NCBI GenBank assembly: GCA_965224085.1
Contig: CBDCYI010000005.1
Location: 736,001 to 800,000 of the forward strand
DNA: 64,000 bases
Origin: Candidatus Marinacidobacterales bacterium
GTDB taxonomy: Bacteria > Acidobacteriota > Vicinamibacteria > Marinacidobacterales > SMYC01
Reading direction: 5' to 3'
Below, in pieces: positions 11,926 through 23,041 of the stretch. Under the pieces are notes generated by a model. The model had not been told where the DNA came from and did no database searches. It worked only from the letters and a program-made list of their open reading frames with translations. Positions within the stretch are counted from its first letter, which is position 1. Every line of letters starts with the position of its first letter. Made by a program: the position numbers and the translations under genes.

Positions 11926-12870
11926 TTGGCCGTGGGGAAGCTGGCAGTAGGGGCGTGGTACGCATCCGAGAGCGAATCTGTGATGGAACGAGACGTCTCG
12001 ACACATAGGCCCGTTCTGCTCGGAGAGGTCATCCGTTTTCTCAATCCACGATCCGGCGGCATCTATGTCGATGCGACGCTCGGTGGTGGTGGGCATAGCG
12101 AGGCCATCTTGCGCGCAAGTGCTCCCAACGGACGGCTCCTGGCCTTCGATCGCGATCGGGAAGCGATCTCCCGCAGCTCGAATAAGCTCGCGGACGAGGC
12201 CGAACGTTTGCGGTTCATCTCGGGCTCCTTCGCGGAGCTGGGGGCGCATCTGGATGAAGACGGGACCAAGGAAGTCGATGGCATCGTTGCTGACTTGGGG
12301 CTTTCGAGCGACCAGCTCGGCGATCCAGATCGAGGATTTTCCTTCGCGCTCGAAGGCGCGCTCGACATGCGCTTCGATAACCGTTCAGGACCTACGGCCG
12401 CGGATCTCGTCAACCAGCTCGCCGACGGTCAGCTCGCGGACCTCCTCTACGAATATGGCGAAGAGCGCCACTCGCGAGCCATCGCGCGGCGCATCGTGCA
12501 AAGGCGGCCCATCCACACGACGAAACAGCTCCGCGCCGCCGTCGTCTCGGTTCTCGGTCCCAGGCGCCGGGGGATCGATCCTGCGACGCGCACGTTTCAA
12601 GCGCTTCGTATCGCCGTCAATCAGGAGCTGGCTGCACTCGATGTCTTCTTGGAGCAAGCGCCCACCCGCTTGCGGCCTGACGGACGCGTAGTCGTGATCT
12701 CGTATCATTCGCTCGAGGACCGCGCTGTGAAACATTCGTTCCGTTCGTGGGCCGTCGATATCCGCTATGACGTGCTCACGAGAAAGCCTGTCGTCCCGGA
12801 CGCCGCCGCGATAGCGGACAATCCCCGCGCGAGGAGCGCCAAGCTCCGTGCGCTCATGAGGGTCTCATGA
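11926..12870 (+). CDS. rsmH: 16S rRNA m4C1402 methyltransferase (start may be 11983)
   Basis: HRPVLL, DATLGGGGHS, DLGLSS.Q, RGFSF, LDMR, ATRTFQALRIAVN, SYHSLEDR, NPRARSAKLR. Confidence 0.97.
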   Translation: MAVGKLAVGAWYASESESVMERDVSTHRPVLLGEVIRFLNPRSGGIYVDATLGGGGHSEAILRASAPNGRLLAFDRDREAISRSSNKLADEAERLRFISGSFAELGAHLDEDGTKEVDGIVADLGLSSDQLGDPDRGFSFALEGALDMRFDNRSGPTAADLVNQLADGQLADLLYEYGEERHSRAIARRIVQRRPIHTTKQLRAAVVSVLGPRRRGIDPATRTFQALRIAVNQELAALDVFLEQAPTRLRPDGRVVVISYHSLEDRAVKHSFRSWAVDIRYDVLTRKPVVPDAAAIADNPRARSAKLRALMRVS

Positions 12871-13253
12871 GTCGGGGCGAATTTCGCATGAGCAAGGAAG
12901 TGCGAAACGAGCAGCTCGTGCGTCAGCTCGATCACAAGCGCCATCGCGAGTTCTTCATGGTCGCGCTCACTGGGCTGGCTCTGACGGCCGCCATCATCGC
13001 TTACGCATGGCCTCACTTCGAGATGATCCGGCTCGGCTATCGCATGGAGGAGCTCAGACAGACACGCGAGGACTTGCTCGAGGAAAGACGCCATCTCGAG
13101 CTGCAGCGTGCGACGGAGATGGCGCCGGCGCGGATCGAGGCGATTGCTCGGGAGCAACTCGGTATGGTCTATCCCAATCGGGAGCACACGGCGATATTGG
13201 AGCCCATAGACGGCAGCAAATTCCTCGAGGCGCTGCCGAGGCCGTCCGAGTAA
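12867..13253 (+). CDS. ftsL: cell division protein FtsL
   Basis: TM plus coiled coil plus P.RIE.IAREQLGM..P; lies between rsmH and ftsI. Confidence 0.88.
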   Translation: MSRGEFRMSKEVRNEQLVRQLDHKRHREFFMVALTGLALTAAIIAYAWPHFEMIRLGYRMEELRQTREDLLEERRHLELQRATEMAPARIEAIAREQLGMVYPNREHTAILEPIDGSKFLEALPRPSE

Positions 13254-13260
13254 AGAGACC

Positions 13261-15417
13261 ATGAGCGACAACCGCCAGACGCCGTTCCAAATGAGGCTCT
13301 TGTTCTTGGGCCTTGTGACGTGCATGTGCGTCTTTTTGGTAGGCGGGCGTTTGTTCTACCTCATGGTGACGATGCGCGAGACGCTTCAAGAGCGCGCCGC
13401 GCTTCAACACCAGCATACGCTGAAAGTGGAGGCGCGCCGCGGCACGATTCGCGATCGCCACGGGCGTCAGCTCGCAACGAGCGTCGAAGTGGAATCGGTC
13501 TACGCGGTCCCGAAAGCTTTCAGCGGTGCGCTCGTCACCGACGCTTCGCTAAAGCTCTCGACCTGTTTTTCCCTTCCTGCGTCGAGAATCTCGGCGCGCC
13601 TTGTGGGTGACAGGAGCTTCGTGTGGCTCGAGCGTAAGGCGAAGCCACGTGTGGTTCGCTGCGTGCGCGAGCTCAACGTCGCTGGTATCGGCTTTCTCAA
13701 CGAGAGCCGGCGCTACTATCCGAAGCGCAGTCTCGCCTCGCACATTCTCGGATATGTCGGCCTCGACAATGCAGGGATGAGCGGGGTCGAGTATGGGCTC
13801 GAAGACGAAATCCGGGGTGAGCCTGGACGCCGCATCATCTGGATGGATGCGCTCAACCGGCGCGCGGCTAGCCGCGTTGATACCAAGCCGCGGCCGGGCC
13901 GCGCGGCCTTTCTCACCATCGACGAGAACCTACAACACATCGCGGAGTCGGAGCTCGAGCAAGCCATCCGCGAGAGCAACTCGAAGAGCGGTATCGCGAT
14001 CATGATGCGCCCGGAGACGGGTGAGCTTCTCGCTATCGCGTCGTTTCCGAGCTTCAACCCCAATCGTTACGGCGACTACCCCGAAGGACATTGGCGAAAC
14101 CGTGCGGTCACGGATGTCTATGAGCCCGGCTCGACGTTCAAATTCGTCGCCGCGGCGGCCGCGCTTCAAGAAGGCGTCACGACCGAGGACGAACGCATCG
14201 ATTGCGGCCGCGGGATGATTCGCGTGGGCGGCAGCGTCATCACGGACGCGCACTTTTTCGATGTCTTGACGTTTAGGGAAGTCGTCGAACAATCCTCGAA
14301 TGTGGGGATGATCCGGATCGGCCAACGTCTCGGCAAAGAGCGGTTCGAGAAGTACATCCGCGCCTTTGGTTTCGGAGAAACGACCGGCATCGAGCTTCCC
14401 GCAGAAAGCCGGGGTATCCTTCGCCCGTCGAAAGTTTGGGGGCCGCTGACGCTAGCGTCGATCTCTTTCGGCCAAGAGATCGGAGTGACGCCGCTCCAGA
14501 TGGTCACGGCGACCAACGTAATCGCAGCCGGCGGCTACTTGATGCGTCCGCGTCTCTTGCTTGGGCAGAGAGGCGCGGATGGCAGTCTCGAAGCGCGAGT
14601 TTCTCCCGAGCCAGTTCGTCGGGTCATCGACACCGAGACGGCGCGCCGATTGACCGACGTGCTCGTTGGCGTAGTGGAACGCGGCACGGGACAACGTGCC
14701 AACCTCCCCGGCTACCGCGTGGCGGGCAAAACGGGGACGGCTCAAAAGGCCGTCCGAGGTGGCTATTCCAAGACCGACTACATCGCGTCTTTCGTTGGTT
14801 TCGCTCCGGCGGATCGGCCCGCTTTGACGACGCTCGTCATCCTCGATTCGCCCGAAGGGAATCACTCGGGCTCGAGGGCCGCGGGAGTTTTCGCGCGGAT
14901 CATGCGGCGCGCGCTCCGATATCTCGCGGTGCCACTCAGTGACGAGGCGCCCATCCGCATCGCCAAAGTTTGGCCACAAATGCGGCCTATGCTGGGAGGG
15001 ACCGACTCCGGCGCACCGGGCGCGCCCCCGCCGAGGCGCGCGGGAAGGAAGGCGAGAAGTTTTGGCCAGCGGGCCTGGACGCCCAAAGAGATACCGAGCG
15101 ACGTCGTGGTGGGCGCTCCAGATGTCATTGGGCTTCCGGCGCGAGACGCTCTCGTCAGATTCGTGGCGCACGGCATTGTGCCGGAGATCCTCGGCGAGGG
15201 TCGGGTGCTCGAGCAGATCCCGCGGGCCGGCTTCCCCGTCGCGCCTGGGACAAAGGCGCGACTCGTTCTTGATCCGGTTCCGCTTGAGCCTGGTGTGTTT
15301 GAGCTTCAGCGGCAGGACGCGGTCACGGTGGAGACTTTTTTCTACGAAGGACATCGAATAGCAAACGGAAGCGCGCGGAGAGACGGTCCGGTACGACGGA
15401 ATGAAACCGCTGATTGA
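13261..15417 (+). CDS. ftsI: penicillin-binding protein 3 with C-terminal PASTA-like domain
   Basis: RG.I.DR.G, YEPGSTFK (SxxK), SSNVG (SxN), GKTGTAQ (KTG), PDVIGL PASTA-like segment. Confidence 0.95.
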   Translation: MSDNRQTPFQMRLLFLGLVTCMCVFLVGGRLFYLMVTMRETLQERAALQHQHTLKVEARRGTIRDRHGRQLATSVEVESVYAVPKAFSGALVTDASLKLSTCFSLPASRISARLVGDRSFVWLERKAKPRVVRCVRELNVAGIGFLNESRRYYPKRSLASHILGYVGLDNAGMSGVEYGLEDEIRGEPGRRIIWMDALNRRAASRVDTKPRPGRAAFLTIDENLQHIAESELEQAIRESNSKSGIAIMMRPETGELLAIASFPSFNPNRYGDYPEGHWRNRAVTDVYEPGSTFKFVAAAAALQEGVTTEDERIDCGRGMIRVGGSVITDAHFFDVLTFREVVEQSSNVGMIRIGQRLGKERFEKYIRAFGFGETTGIELPAESRGILRPSKVWGPLTLASISFGQEIGVTPLQMVTATNVIAAGGYLMRPRLLLGQRGADGSLEARVSPEPVRRVIDTETARRLTDVLVGVVERGTGQRANLPGYRVAGKTGTAQKAVRGGYSKTDYIASFVGFAPADRPALTTLVILDSPEGNHSGSRAAGVFARIMRRALRYLAVPLSDEAPIRIAKVWPQMRPMLGGTDSGAPGAPPPRRAGRKARSFGQRAWTPKEIPSDVVVGAPDVIGLPARDALVRFVAHGIVPEILGEGRVLEQIPRAGFPVAPGTKARLVLDPVPLEPGVFELQRQDAVTVETFFYEGHRIANGSARRDGPVRRNETAD

Positions 15418-16936
15418 TATCGAAACGACTTCAGGGAGTTTTCCCGTGGGCAAGAGGCGGCAGGAGAAAAAGGTCGAGCTCGCGGAGCTTCTGCGCCTCA
15501 TTCCTCTTCAGACCGTGAAAGGTCCCAGGGAGCTCGTGGTCAAAGGCGTTACAGCGGACTCGCGCGGTGTTCTAGAAGGCTTCGTCTTCGTCGCGATTCG
15601 GGGTGAGACGACGGACGGGCACCTCTTTCTCGACGACGCGATCGGGCGCGGCGCCGTGGCGGTAGTGAGCGAGCAGAAGCCCGAGCGAGACGACGTCACC
15701 TGGATCCAGACACCGGACGCTCGGCAGGCGGCCGGTGTTCTCGCCGCCAAGACGGCCGGCAACCCATCGTCCAGCATGAACCTCGTGGGCATTACGGGAA
15801 CCAACGGAAAAACGACAATCGCCTATCTCGTGGATGGGATCCTCTCGCGCCTATCGCCCCCCTCGGCAATGAGGGGGACGGTCGTCGCGAAAATCGGTGT
15901 ACGTAGTCGGCCGACGCGTCATACGACGCCCGAAGCTCCCGTGATTCAGGCGTTCCTCGAGGAGGCGGCTCGGGAGCGTTGTGAACATGGGGCTCTCGAA
16001 GTTTCGTCTCATGGGCTCGCGCTCTCGCGTCTCGAAGGCACGGAGTTTCAAGTCGCGGTCTTCACGAACCTGTCGCGCGATCACCTTGATTTCCACCGCG
16101 ACATGGAAGACTACTTCCAGGCCAAGCGCCGGCTCTTCAATCGCTATCTGCGCCCTGGTGGGACCGCGGTGATTTGTATCGACGACGCCTATGGCGAGCG
16201 TTTGGCGGCGGAGCTTCCGATGGAAGTTGTGACTTACGGGCGTTCGGAAACGGCCGATCTCTCGATCCGAGACATCGAAGCGTCGCTTGCAGGCATTCAT
16301 GTGCGCTTTCAAGAAGGCGACACAGCGCACGCCATCGAAAGTCCTCTTCTCGGGCGCTATAACGGGTTGAACCTCGTGGCTGCGTTCGCGGCGTTGCGCT
16401 CTCTCGGCTTCGAGACCGCACGCGTGCTCGAGACGTTGAACGAGGTGAGCGGAGCCCCCGGGCGATTCGAGAGGGTCGCTGTTCAAAAACCCTTCGATGT
16501 CGTTGTCGACTACGCCCATACCGATGACGCTCTGCGCAAGCTTCTCGAAGCGGCACGCCCTTTGACCGACGCGAAGCTCACAATCGTTTTTGGTTGCGGT
16601 GGCGAGAGGGATCGCACAAAACGTCCTTTGATGGGCGACGTGGCCGCCCGGCTCGCCGATCGAGTCGTTTTGACGTCGGACAACCCGCGCGGCGAAGACC
16701 CGCTCGCCATCATCAACGAAATTCAACTCGGCACCAAGGGTGCCGATATCGAAGTGGAGCCCGATCGTCGCCGCGCCATCGAGTTGGCGATGACAGGGGC
16801 TCGTTCCGGCGACTTGGTCGTGATCGCGGGTAAGGGGCACGAGCCTTATCAGATCGTCAAAGACGAGGCGTTGTCTTTCGATGATCGCGAGGTGGCTCGA
16901 CAAATTGCGAGTGGTGTCGAGGATTTCGAATCGTGA
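15401..16936 (+). CDS. murE: UDP-MurNAc-tripeptide synthetase (meso-DAP type)
   Basis: GITGTNGKTT, EVSSH, TNLSRDHLDFH, DYAHT.D, FGCGGERD..KR, SDNPR, GKGHE. Confidence 0.97.
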   Translation: MKPLIDIETTSGSFPVGKRRQEKKVELAELLRLIPLQTVKGPRELVVKGVTADSRGVLEGFVFVAIRGETTDGHLFLDDAIGRGAVAVVSEQKPERDDVTWIQTPDARQAAGVLAAKTAGNPSSSMNLVGITGTNGKTTIAYLVDGILSRLSPPSAMRGTVVAKIGVRSRPTRHTTPEAPVIQAFLEEAARERCEHGALEVSSHGLALSRLEGTEFQVAVFTNLSRDHLDFHRDMEDYFQAKRRLFNRYLRPGGTAVICIDDAYGERLAAELPMEVVTYGRSETADLSIRDIEASLAGIHVRFQEGDTAHAIESPLLGRYNGLNLVAAFAALRSLGFETARVLETLNEVSGAPGRFERVAVQKPFDVVVDYAHTDDALRKLLEAARPLTDAKLTIVFGCGGERDRTKRPLMGDVAARLADRVVLTSDNPRGEDPLAIINEIQLGTKGADIEVEPDRRRAIELAMTGARSGDLVVIAGKGHEPYQIVKDEALSFDDREVARQIASGVEDFES

Positions 16937-18333
16937 AACTTTCGGCGAAAGAGGTGGCGCGCTTGACCCGAGGTGAGCTCCTCTCGGGGGCGGGCGACGC
17001 AGATATTTCCGGTGTCTCCATCGACAGCCGGACGGTTTCGCCGGGCGAGCTGTTCATCGCGATCCGCGGTCCCCATCATGACGGTCACCGATTCGTCGCG
17101 AGCGCGCTCGAACGCGGCGCGAGCGGCGTCGTCGTCTCCGAGCCAGTGGCGTGGGGTGACGCGCCGGGTGACATGTTGTGCGCGTTTTGTGTCCGCGTCG
17201 CTGATACGTCGAAAGCGCTCCAAGAGCTTGCTCATGGCGTGCGTAAAAGCTCCGGCGTGCGGATCGTGGCCATTACCGGGAGCATGGGGAAGACGACGAC
17301 GAAAGATGCGGCCGCCACGGCCATCGGGGCCGCGCACAGCGTTCTCAAGTCCGAGGGGAACTTGAACAATCTCTTCGGGCTTCCGCTCTCTTTGCTGAAG
17401 CTACAAGACGAGGACGTCGCGGTGCTCGAGATGGGGATGTCGGAGCCCGGCGAGATCGCGAGGCTCACCGAGATCGCCGAGCCCGACGTGGGGGTGCTCA
17501 CGAATGTGGACGCCGTCCATCTCGAGTTCTTCTCGTCAACCGCAGCGATTGCCGAAGCCAAAGGCGAGCTTCTGGTCGGCCTTGCCGAGGATGCGGTGGC
17601 CGTCGTCAATGCCGACGATCCCCTCGTGCTCGAGCAGGCCCGGAAGTTCGCCGGGGTGAAGCTTTCCTTCGCCATCGACGCCTCCGCCGATCTCGAAGCG
17701 AGCGAGATTCGAACGACCGCCGCTGGGCTTCGCTTCCTCGCTCGTGAAGGTGAGCGTGTCGTCGAAGTCGCGTCGCCGCTCCATGGACGACACAACATCT
17801 ACAACTTGCTCGCCGGGCTCGCGGCGGCGCGTGCTCTCGACGTTCCTCTCGATCGTGCCGCGTCCGCGCTTCACACGCTCGCACCTGCGCGGCATCGCGG
17901 CGAGCGCCTGTCGCTCCCGGGCGGCGTGCTCGTCATCGACGAAACCTACAATTCGAGCCCACGGGCGCTCGCCTGTGCCATCGCGGCACTGGCCGAGGAG
18001 GCTGGGGGGCGCCTTGTCGCGGTTGTCGGCGACATGCTGGAGCTCGGACCGCAGGCGGAAGCTTTTCATCGCGAGATCGGTCGTGACGTCGCCGCGCGGA
18101 GGCTCGGCCTCGTTGTGGGTGTGGGCCCCCTCGGCCGCACCATCGTGGACGCGGCGCGTGAGGCTGGGATGGCCGACGCGAATCTCTTGGTTTATGCGGA
18201 CGCCGCGGCGGCCGGCCGCGAGCTCGCGGCTCATCTGCGCGAGAATGACGTCGTCTTGTTCAAGGCCTCGCGCGGAATGGGTCTCGAAAACGCCATCGAG
18301 AGTGTTCAGAAAAAGATGGAGGAGACGCGCTGA
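16933..18333 (+). CDS. murF: UDP-MurNAc-pentapeptide synthetase
   Basis: [47 protein letters not shown]. Confidence 0.97.
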   Translation: MKLSAKEVARLTRGELLSGAGDADISGVSIDSRTVSPGELFIAIRGPHHDGHRFVASALERGASGVVVSEPVAWGDAPGDMLCAFCVRVADTSKALQELAHGVRKSSGVRIVAITGSMGKTTTKDAAATAIGAAHSVLKSEGNLNNLFGLPLSLLKLQDEDVAVLEMGMSEPGEIARLTEIAEPDVGVLTNVDAVHLEFFSSTAAIAEAKGELLVGLAEDAVAVVNADDPLVLEQARKFAGVKLSFAIDASADLEASEIRTTAAGLRFLAREGERVVEVASPLHGRHNIYNLLAGLAAARALDVPLDRAASALHTLAPARHRGERLSLPGGVLVIDETYNSSPRALACAIAALAEEAGGRLVAVVGDMLELGPQAEAFHREIGRDVAARRLGLVVGVGPLGRTIVDAAREAGMADANLLVYADAAAAGRELAAHLRENDVVLFKASRGMGLENAIESVQKKMEETR

Positions 18334-19418
18334 TGCTCTACCATCTCCTTTATCCCCTTCACACGGAGTACTCGTTCTTCAACGTTTTTCGATACGTTAC
18401 GTTCCGCACGGCGTCGGCGACGTTGACGGCGCTCGCGATCTCTTTTTTGCTCGGGCCGTGGCTCATTGCGCGACTCCGGCAGTTCCAGATCGGCCAGCAC
18501 ATTCGCCAAGAAGGCCCCGAGGCGCATCGTTCCAAGGCGGGGACCCCTACTATGGGCGGCGCGCTCATTCTCACCGCTATCGTTGTGCCGACGCTTCTGT
18601 GGGCGAACTTGACCAACGTGTTCGTTTGGATCGCGCTCGGAACGACGATCGCCTTCGGGCTCATCGGCTTCTCGGACGACTATCTCAAGATCGTGCGCAA
18701 GCAGTCCAAAGGATTGTCGGCGCGCGCCAAGCTTCTGCTGCAGACTGGTTGTGCCTTCGTGATCGGGTTCGCGCTCTTCGACATGTCGCGTCAAGGGGAC
18801 TACAGCACGGCGCTTCTCTTTCCCTTCTTCAAAGAGGTGCGTCCCGATCTGTCGTGGCTGTTCGTTCCCTTCGCGATACTCGTCATCGTCGGCGCCTCGA
18901 ACGCAGTGAATCTGACCGACGGGCTCGACGGGCTCGCCATCGGGACCGTGCTCATCGCCGCGGCCGCCTTTACCGTTCTGACTTATGTCACCGGGCACGC
19001 GCAGTTTTCTGCTTATCTCGATCTGATCCAGATCCCGCGCATCTGGGAGCTCACCATCTTCGGCGGCGCGATGGTCGGCGCGAGCCTCGGCTTCTTGTGG
19101 TTCAACTGCTATCCCGCTCAGATGTTCATGGGCGATGTTGGCTCGCTAGCACTCGGAAGCGCGATCGGAACGGTCGCGCTTCTCATCAAGCAAGAGCTTC
19201 TGCTCGTGCTCGTGGGCGGGGTTTTCGTGCTCGAAGCGCTCTCGGTGATGATCCAAGTCGCCTCGTTCAAGCTCACCGGCAAGCGTGTGTTTCGCATGGC
19301 GCCTCTTCATCACCACTTCGAGCTCGCAGGCTGGAGCGAGCCCAAGATCATCATCCGGTTCTGGATTCTCGCGATGATGTTCGCTCTCGCGAGCTTGACG
19401 ACGTTGAAACTGAGGTGA
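18333..19418 (+). CDS. mraY: phospho-MurNAc-pentapeptide transferase
   Basis: [43 protein letters not shown]. Confidence 0.98.
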   Translation: MLYHLLYPLHTEYSFFNVFRYVTFRTASATLTALAISFLLGPWLIARLRQFQIGQHIRQEGPEAHRSKAGTPTMGGALILTAIVVPTLLWANLTNVFVWIALGTTIAFGLIGFSDDYLKIVRKQSKGLSARAKLLLQTGCAFVIGFALFDMSRQGDYSTALLFPFFKEVRPDLSWLFVPFAILVIVGASNAVNLTDGLDGLAIGTVLIAAAAFTVLTYVTGHAQFSAYLDLIQIPRIWELTIFGGAMVGASLGFLWFNCYPAQMFMGDVGSLALGSAIGTVALLIKQELLLVLVGGVFVLEALSVMIQVASFKLTGKRVFRMAPLHHHFELAGWSEPKIIIRFWILAMMFALASLTTLKLR

Positions 19419-19439
19419 GGAGGAACGGGTTGACCTCTC

Positions 19440-20810
19440 ATGAGCGAAGACTACCGAAATCGACGGGTCCTGGTCATCGGGCTCGGCCGGAGTGGTCTCG
19501 CCGCCTGCGCCTTTTTGAGCTCGAAAGGCTCCACGATCGTGGCCAACGATCGACGTCGTCGCGGGGAGCTCGATTCCGATGTAGTTGCGCTCGAGAAGAT
19601 CGGCGTGAAGCTCGTTCTCGGCGCGCATCCTCCCGAGCTCGCAACGGATGTCGACCTGGTCGTTCTCAGCCCGGGAGTTCCGTTGGATTTAGCGGTCCTC
19701 GTCGAAGCGCGGCGGCAATCGATCCCGATATGGGGAGAGCTCGAGCTCGGGTTTCGGGAGGTGTCAGGATCGGTCGTCGCGGTCACGGGCACGAAAGGAA
19801 AATCCACGACCGCAACCTTGTTGCATGCGATGCTTTCGGCTTCAGGACGAGACGTGAGGCTCGCGGGGAATATCGGTGCTCCTCTCACCGCCGAGCTCGA
19901 GACGGCCACCGATGCGACTGTCTTCGTCATCGAAGTCTCGAGCTTTCAGCTTGCGACGATCAGAAGCTTTCGACCGGACGTCGCCGTGCTGCTCGACATA
20001 AGCCCCGACCATCTCGATTGGCATCCGAGCTTTCTAGATTACGTGAAGGCGAAGGCGCGCATTTTCGAGAACCAGCGCGAAGACGACTGGGCCGTCGTCT
20101 TCGGAGGAAATCCGTTGACGGTTGATATGGCGCGAAGAGCGAAGTCCAAGAAGTTGTATTTCGACCTTGATTGTCTCGGTGAAGTCTATCCGCACGTGCA
20201 CAAAGAAGGGCCTTGGATCGTCCGACACGAGAACGGTGAGACGAGAGCTCTCGCTTCGCTAGAAGAGTTCACGGTGCCAGGTGCGCATAACCGCTCGAAC
20301 GCGATGGCCGCCTCGGCGGCAGCGTCGCTGCTCGGGGTCTCGGGCGACGCTCTCGAAGACGCTCTCGAACATTTCGAGGGACTCCCGCATGCGCTCGAGA
20401 AGGTCGGCGAGCTGGGCGGTGTCAGCTTTTACAACGACTCCAAAGCGACCAACATCGAGGCGGTGCGAGCCGCGCTCGAAAGCTTCGATCGGCCGATCGC
20501 GCTGATTCTCGGTGGACGCTTCAAAGGTGGAGATTTTCGCGATCTGCGCGACCTAGTTTCGCGACGCGTCAAGCTCGCCTTCGCCATCGGAGAGAGTCGG
20601 GAGCTCGTGAGAGACGCGCTCGATGAGGTGACCACGGTGCAACTCTGCCAGGACTTGGAATCGGCGGTGCGCGACGCCCACCGCCAAACCGAGGAGGGAG
20701 ACGTCGTGCTGCTCTCACCCGCGAGCTCGAGCTTCGATATGTTTGTCGATTACCGGGAGCGCGGAGAGCGATTCCGCGAGATCGTAAGGGGACTGGTCGC
20801 GGAATCGTGA
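19440..20810 (+). CDS. murD: UDP-MurNAc-L-Ala--D-Glu ligase
   Basis: GLGRSG, SPGVP, VTGTKGKSTT, GNIG, EVSSFQL, DHLDWH, NDSKATN, LLSPA.SSFD. Confidence 0.97.
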   Translation: MSEDYRNRRVLVIGLGRSGLAACAFLSSKGSTIVANDRRRRGELDSDVVALEKIGVKLVLGAHPPELATDVDLVVLSPGVPLDLAVLVEARRQSIPIWGELELGFREVSGSVVAVTGTKGKSTTATLLHAMLSASGRDVRLAGNIGAPLTAELETATDATVFVIEVSSFQLATIRSFRPDVAVLLDISPDHLDWHPSFLDYVKAKARIFENQREDDWAVVFGGNPLTVDMARRAKSKKLYFDLDCLGEVYPHVHKEGPWIVRHENGETRALASLEEFTVPGAHNRSNAMAASAAASLLGVSGDALEDALEHFEGLPHALEKVGELGGVSFYNDSKATNIEAVRAALESFDRPIALILGGRFKGGDFRDLRDLVSRRVKLAFAIGESRELVRDALDEVTTVQLCQDLESAVRDAHRQTEEGDVVLLSPASSSFDMFVDYRERGERFREIVRGLVAES

Positions 20811-20865
20811 TGGCGCTCGTTGACGCTAACTGCTGCCGGCTACCGGCTACCTGGCGAGGTTTCCC

Positions 20866-21957
20866 TTGGCTGTAAAGCTTTCGCCGGATCGGACGCTTTT
20901 TGTGGCGACCGTTTGTCTTGTTTCGTTTGGGCTTGTCATGCTTTACAGCGCGTCGGCGGTTGTGGCGCATGATGCGCATCGGAGTTCGCATTTTTTTCTC
21001 GTCAAGCAGTCGGCGTGGGCTTTCGTTGGACTTGTTTTGATGCTCGCGCTGACGCGATTCGACTATCGGAGGCTCAAACATCCGATCGTCATCTACGGTT
21101 TGCTCGCGATAACGGTGGCGCTTCTCGTCGGGGTGCTGTTTGCGCCGCCCCTCAAGAATGCCCATCGCTGGATTCGCGTCGGGCTCCTGTCGTTCCAGCC
21201 GTCGGAGTTCGCGAAGCTCACGCTCGTTGTTGCTCTCGCCTATCAACTCGACCGCCGCTACGAGCGTTTGTCCGAGCTCGCCTCCGGCTGGCTGCCCTCA
21301 CTCATGACCATGGGCTTTCTCGCTTTTCTTGTCTTGATCGAGCCCGATTACAGCACCTCGTTCTGTCTCGTCTTCATCGGAGCGTGTCTTTTCTACGCGG
21401 CCGGGGTTCCTATTCGACAGCTCGCCTGGCTCGCGGTCGGATCGGCGCCCGTGCTTCTCTGGCTCGTGGTGAGCGAGGATTATCGGCGCGAGCGGCTTCT
21501 GATTTTCCTCGACCCGTTTCGCGATCCGCTCGGGAAGGGCTTTCAGATCATCCAATCACTCATTGCGGTGGGCTCTGGCGGGCTTTTCGGAACGGGCTTC
21601 ATGAGAAGCCAGCAGAAGCTCTTCTATCTCCCGGAGCCTCATTCGGATTTTATCTTCGCCGTGATTGGTGAGGAACTCGGCCTCATCGGCGCGCTCGGCG
21701 TCGTCGGCGCGTTTTGCGTGCTTCTCTGGCGTGGTCTCGTCATCGCGGGCCGTGCGACGGATCGATTCGGCTCGCTCGTCGCGACCGGCCTCACGATGCT
21801 TCTAGTCGGGCAAGCGCTCATCAACATGGGCGTGACGCTCGGCATGCTCCCGACGACCGGGCTTCCTCTTCCGTTCATTTCCTCCGGCGGCACTTCACTC
21901 GTGACGAGCATGATCGCCGTCGGGCTTCTCTTGTCGGTGTCTCAGCATGCGCGATGA
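20866..21957 (+). CDS. ftsW: peptidoglycan polymerase FtsW (SEDS family)
   Basis: GLVMLYSAS, RWI....FQPSEFAK, LPEPHSDFIF, GLPLPFISSGGTS. Confidence 0.96.
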   Translation: MAVKLSPDRTLFVATVCLVSFGLVMLYSASAVVAHDAHRSSHFFLVKQSAWAFVGLVLMLALTRFDYRRLKHPIVIYGLLAITVALLVGVLFAPPLKNAHRWIRVGLLSFQPSEFAKLTLVVALAYQLDRRYERLSELASGWLPSLMTMGFLAFLVLIEPDYSTSFCLVFIGACLFYAAGVPIRQLAWLAVGSAPVLLWLVVSEDYRRERLLIFLDPFRDPLGKGFQIIQSLIAVGSGGLFGTGFMRSQQKLFYLPEPHSDFIFAVIGEELGLIGALGVVGAFCVLLWRGLVIAGRATDRFGSLVATGLTMLLVGQALINMGVTLGMLPTTGLPLPFISSGGTSLVTSMIAVGLLLSVSQHAR

Positions 21958-23041
21958 GCATTTGGTCGTCGCGGCAGGAGGCACCGGTGGCCATCTCTAT
22001 CCGGCCCTCGCGGTCGCGGAGCGCTTTCGCGACTTGCTCGAAGGCGCCCGCGTCACGTTCATCGGCACCGAACGAGGGCTCGAATCGCGGATCGTACCGA
22101 AGGCGGGATTTCCGCTCGAATATGTGCGCGCACAGCCGCTCCGTGGCGGCTCTCTTTTGAAAAAGATGAAGGGAGTCCTCGCCGTTTTACCGGGAATGAT
22201 CGACGCGAGACGGATCTTGAAGAAGCTGCGGCCGAGCGTCGTCATGGGCCTCGGCGCTTATGTCTCGGGAACCGTGCTCTTCACGGCGGCGCTTCGCGGG
22301 ATTCCTACGTTAATCCTTGAGCCGAATGCCGAGCCCGGGCTCGCGAATAAGTGGCTCGGCCCGTTCATCGACGAAGCGGCGCTCGCGTGGGAGCAAACGT
22401 CCCGCTACTTCGGCGCGAAGGCTGTCGTCACCGGAAACCCCGTGCGGCAAGCGATCGTCGACGTCCCGCCGCTCACCGAACAAGCACAAGGGCCGGTTAT
22501 GCGCGTGCTTCTTTTTGGCGGTAGCCAAGGCTCGTCGATATTGAATCGCGCCATGACCGACAGCTTGCCGCTTCTCGCGGACGTTTCCGAGCGGCTGCAA
22601 ATTCTTCACCAGACGGGATCGAGCGATTTCGAGCGCGTGCAAAGAGCCTATGACGAGAGTTCGGTGAATGGACGTGTGATTCCCTATATCGACGCGATGG
22701 ACGAAGCTTATGCCGGGAGTAATCTCGTTGTCTCCCGCGCGGGCGCGACGACTTGCGCTGAGCTCGCGGCCTCTGGTCGTCCCGCGTTGCTCGTGCCGCT
22801 GCCTCTCGCCGGCGACCATCAAGAGGCGAATGCGAACTTGCTCGAGCATGCCGGCGCTGCGCACAGCATCCGGCAAAGCGAGCTCACGCCGGAGAGGCTG
22901 GCGCAAGAGCTCGTGAGCCTTCTGGGTGCTCCGGAAAAGCGCCTCGTGATGGCGGCCGCGGCGCGGGCGCTAGCGAGGCCGGACGCCGGCAAGAAAGTCG
23001 CCGAGCGGCTTGTCGCTCTTTCCGAAGGAGCGGCGTCGTGA
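21947..23041 (+). CDS. murG: lipid I N-acetylglucosaminyltransferase
   Basis: [42 protein letters not shown]. Confidence 0.97.
   Translation: MRDEHLVVAAGGTGGHLYPALAVAERFRDLLEGARVTFIGTERGLESRIVPKAGFPLEYVRAQPLRGGSLLKKMKGVLAVLPGMIDARRILKKLRPSVVMGLGAYVSGTVLFTAALRGIPTLILEPNAEPGLANKWLGPFIDEAALAWEQTSRYFGAKAVVTGNPVRQAIVDVPPLTEQAQGPVMRVLLFGGSQGSSILNRAMTDSLPLLADVSERLQILHQTGSSDFERVQRAYDESSVNGRVIPYIDAMDEAYAGSNLVVSRAGATTCAELAASGRPALLVPLPLAGDHQEANANLLEHAGAAHSIRQSELTPERLAQELVSLLGAPEKRLVMAAAARALARPDAGKKVAERLVALSEGAAS

Noticed and set aside
17744-20125. 793-aa ORF overlapping murF-mraY-murD on the same strand
   Set aside because: Arg/Ser-rich alternate-frame shadow typical of high-GC DNA; no motifs, and the real frames are fully accounted for
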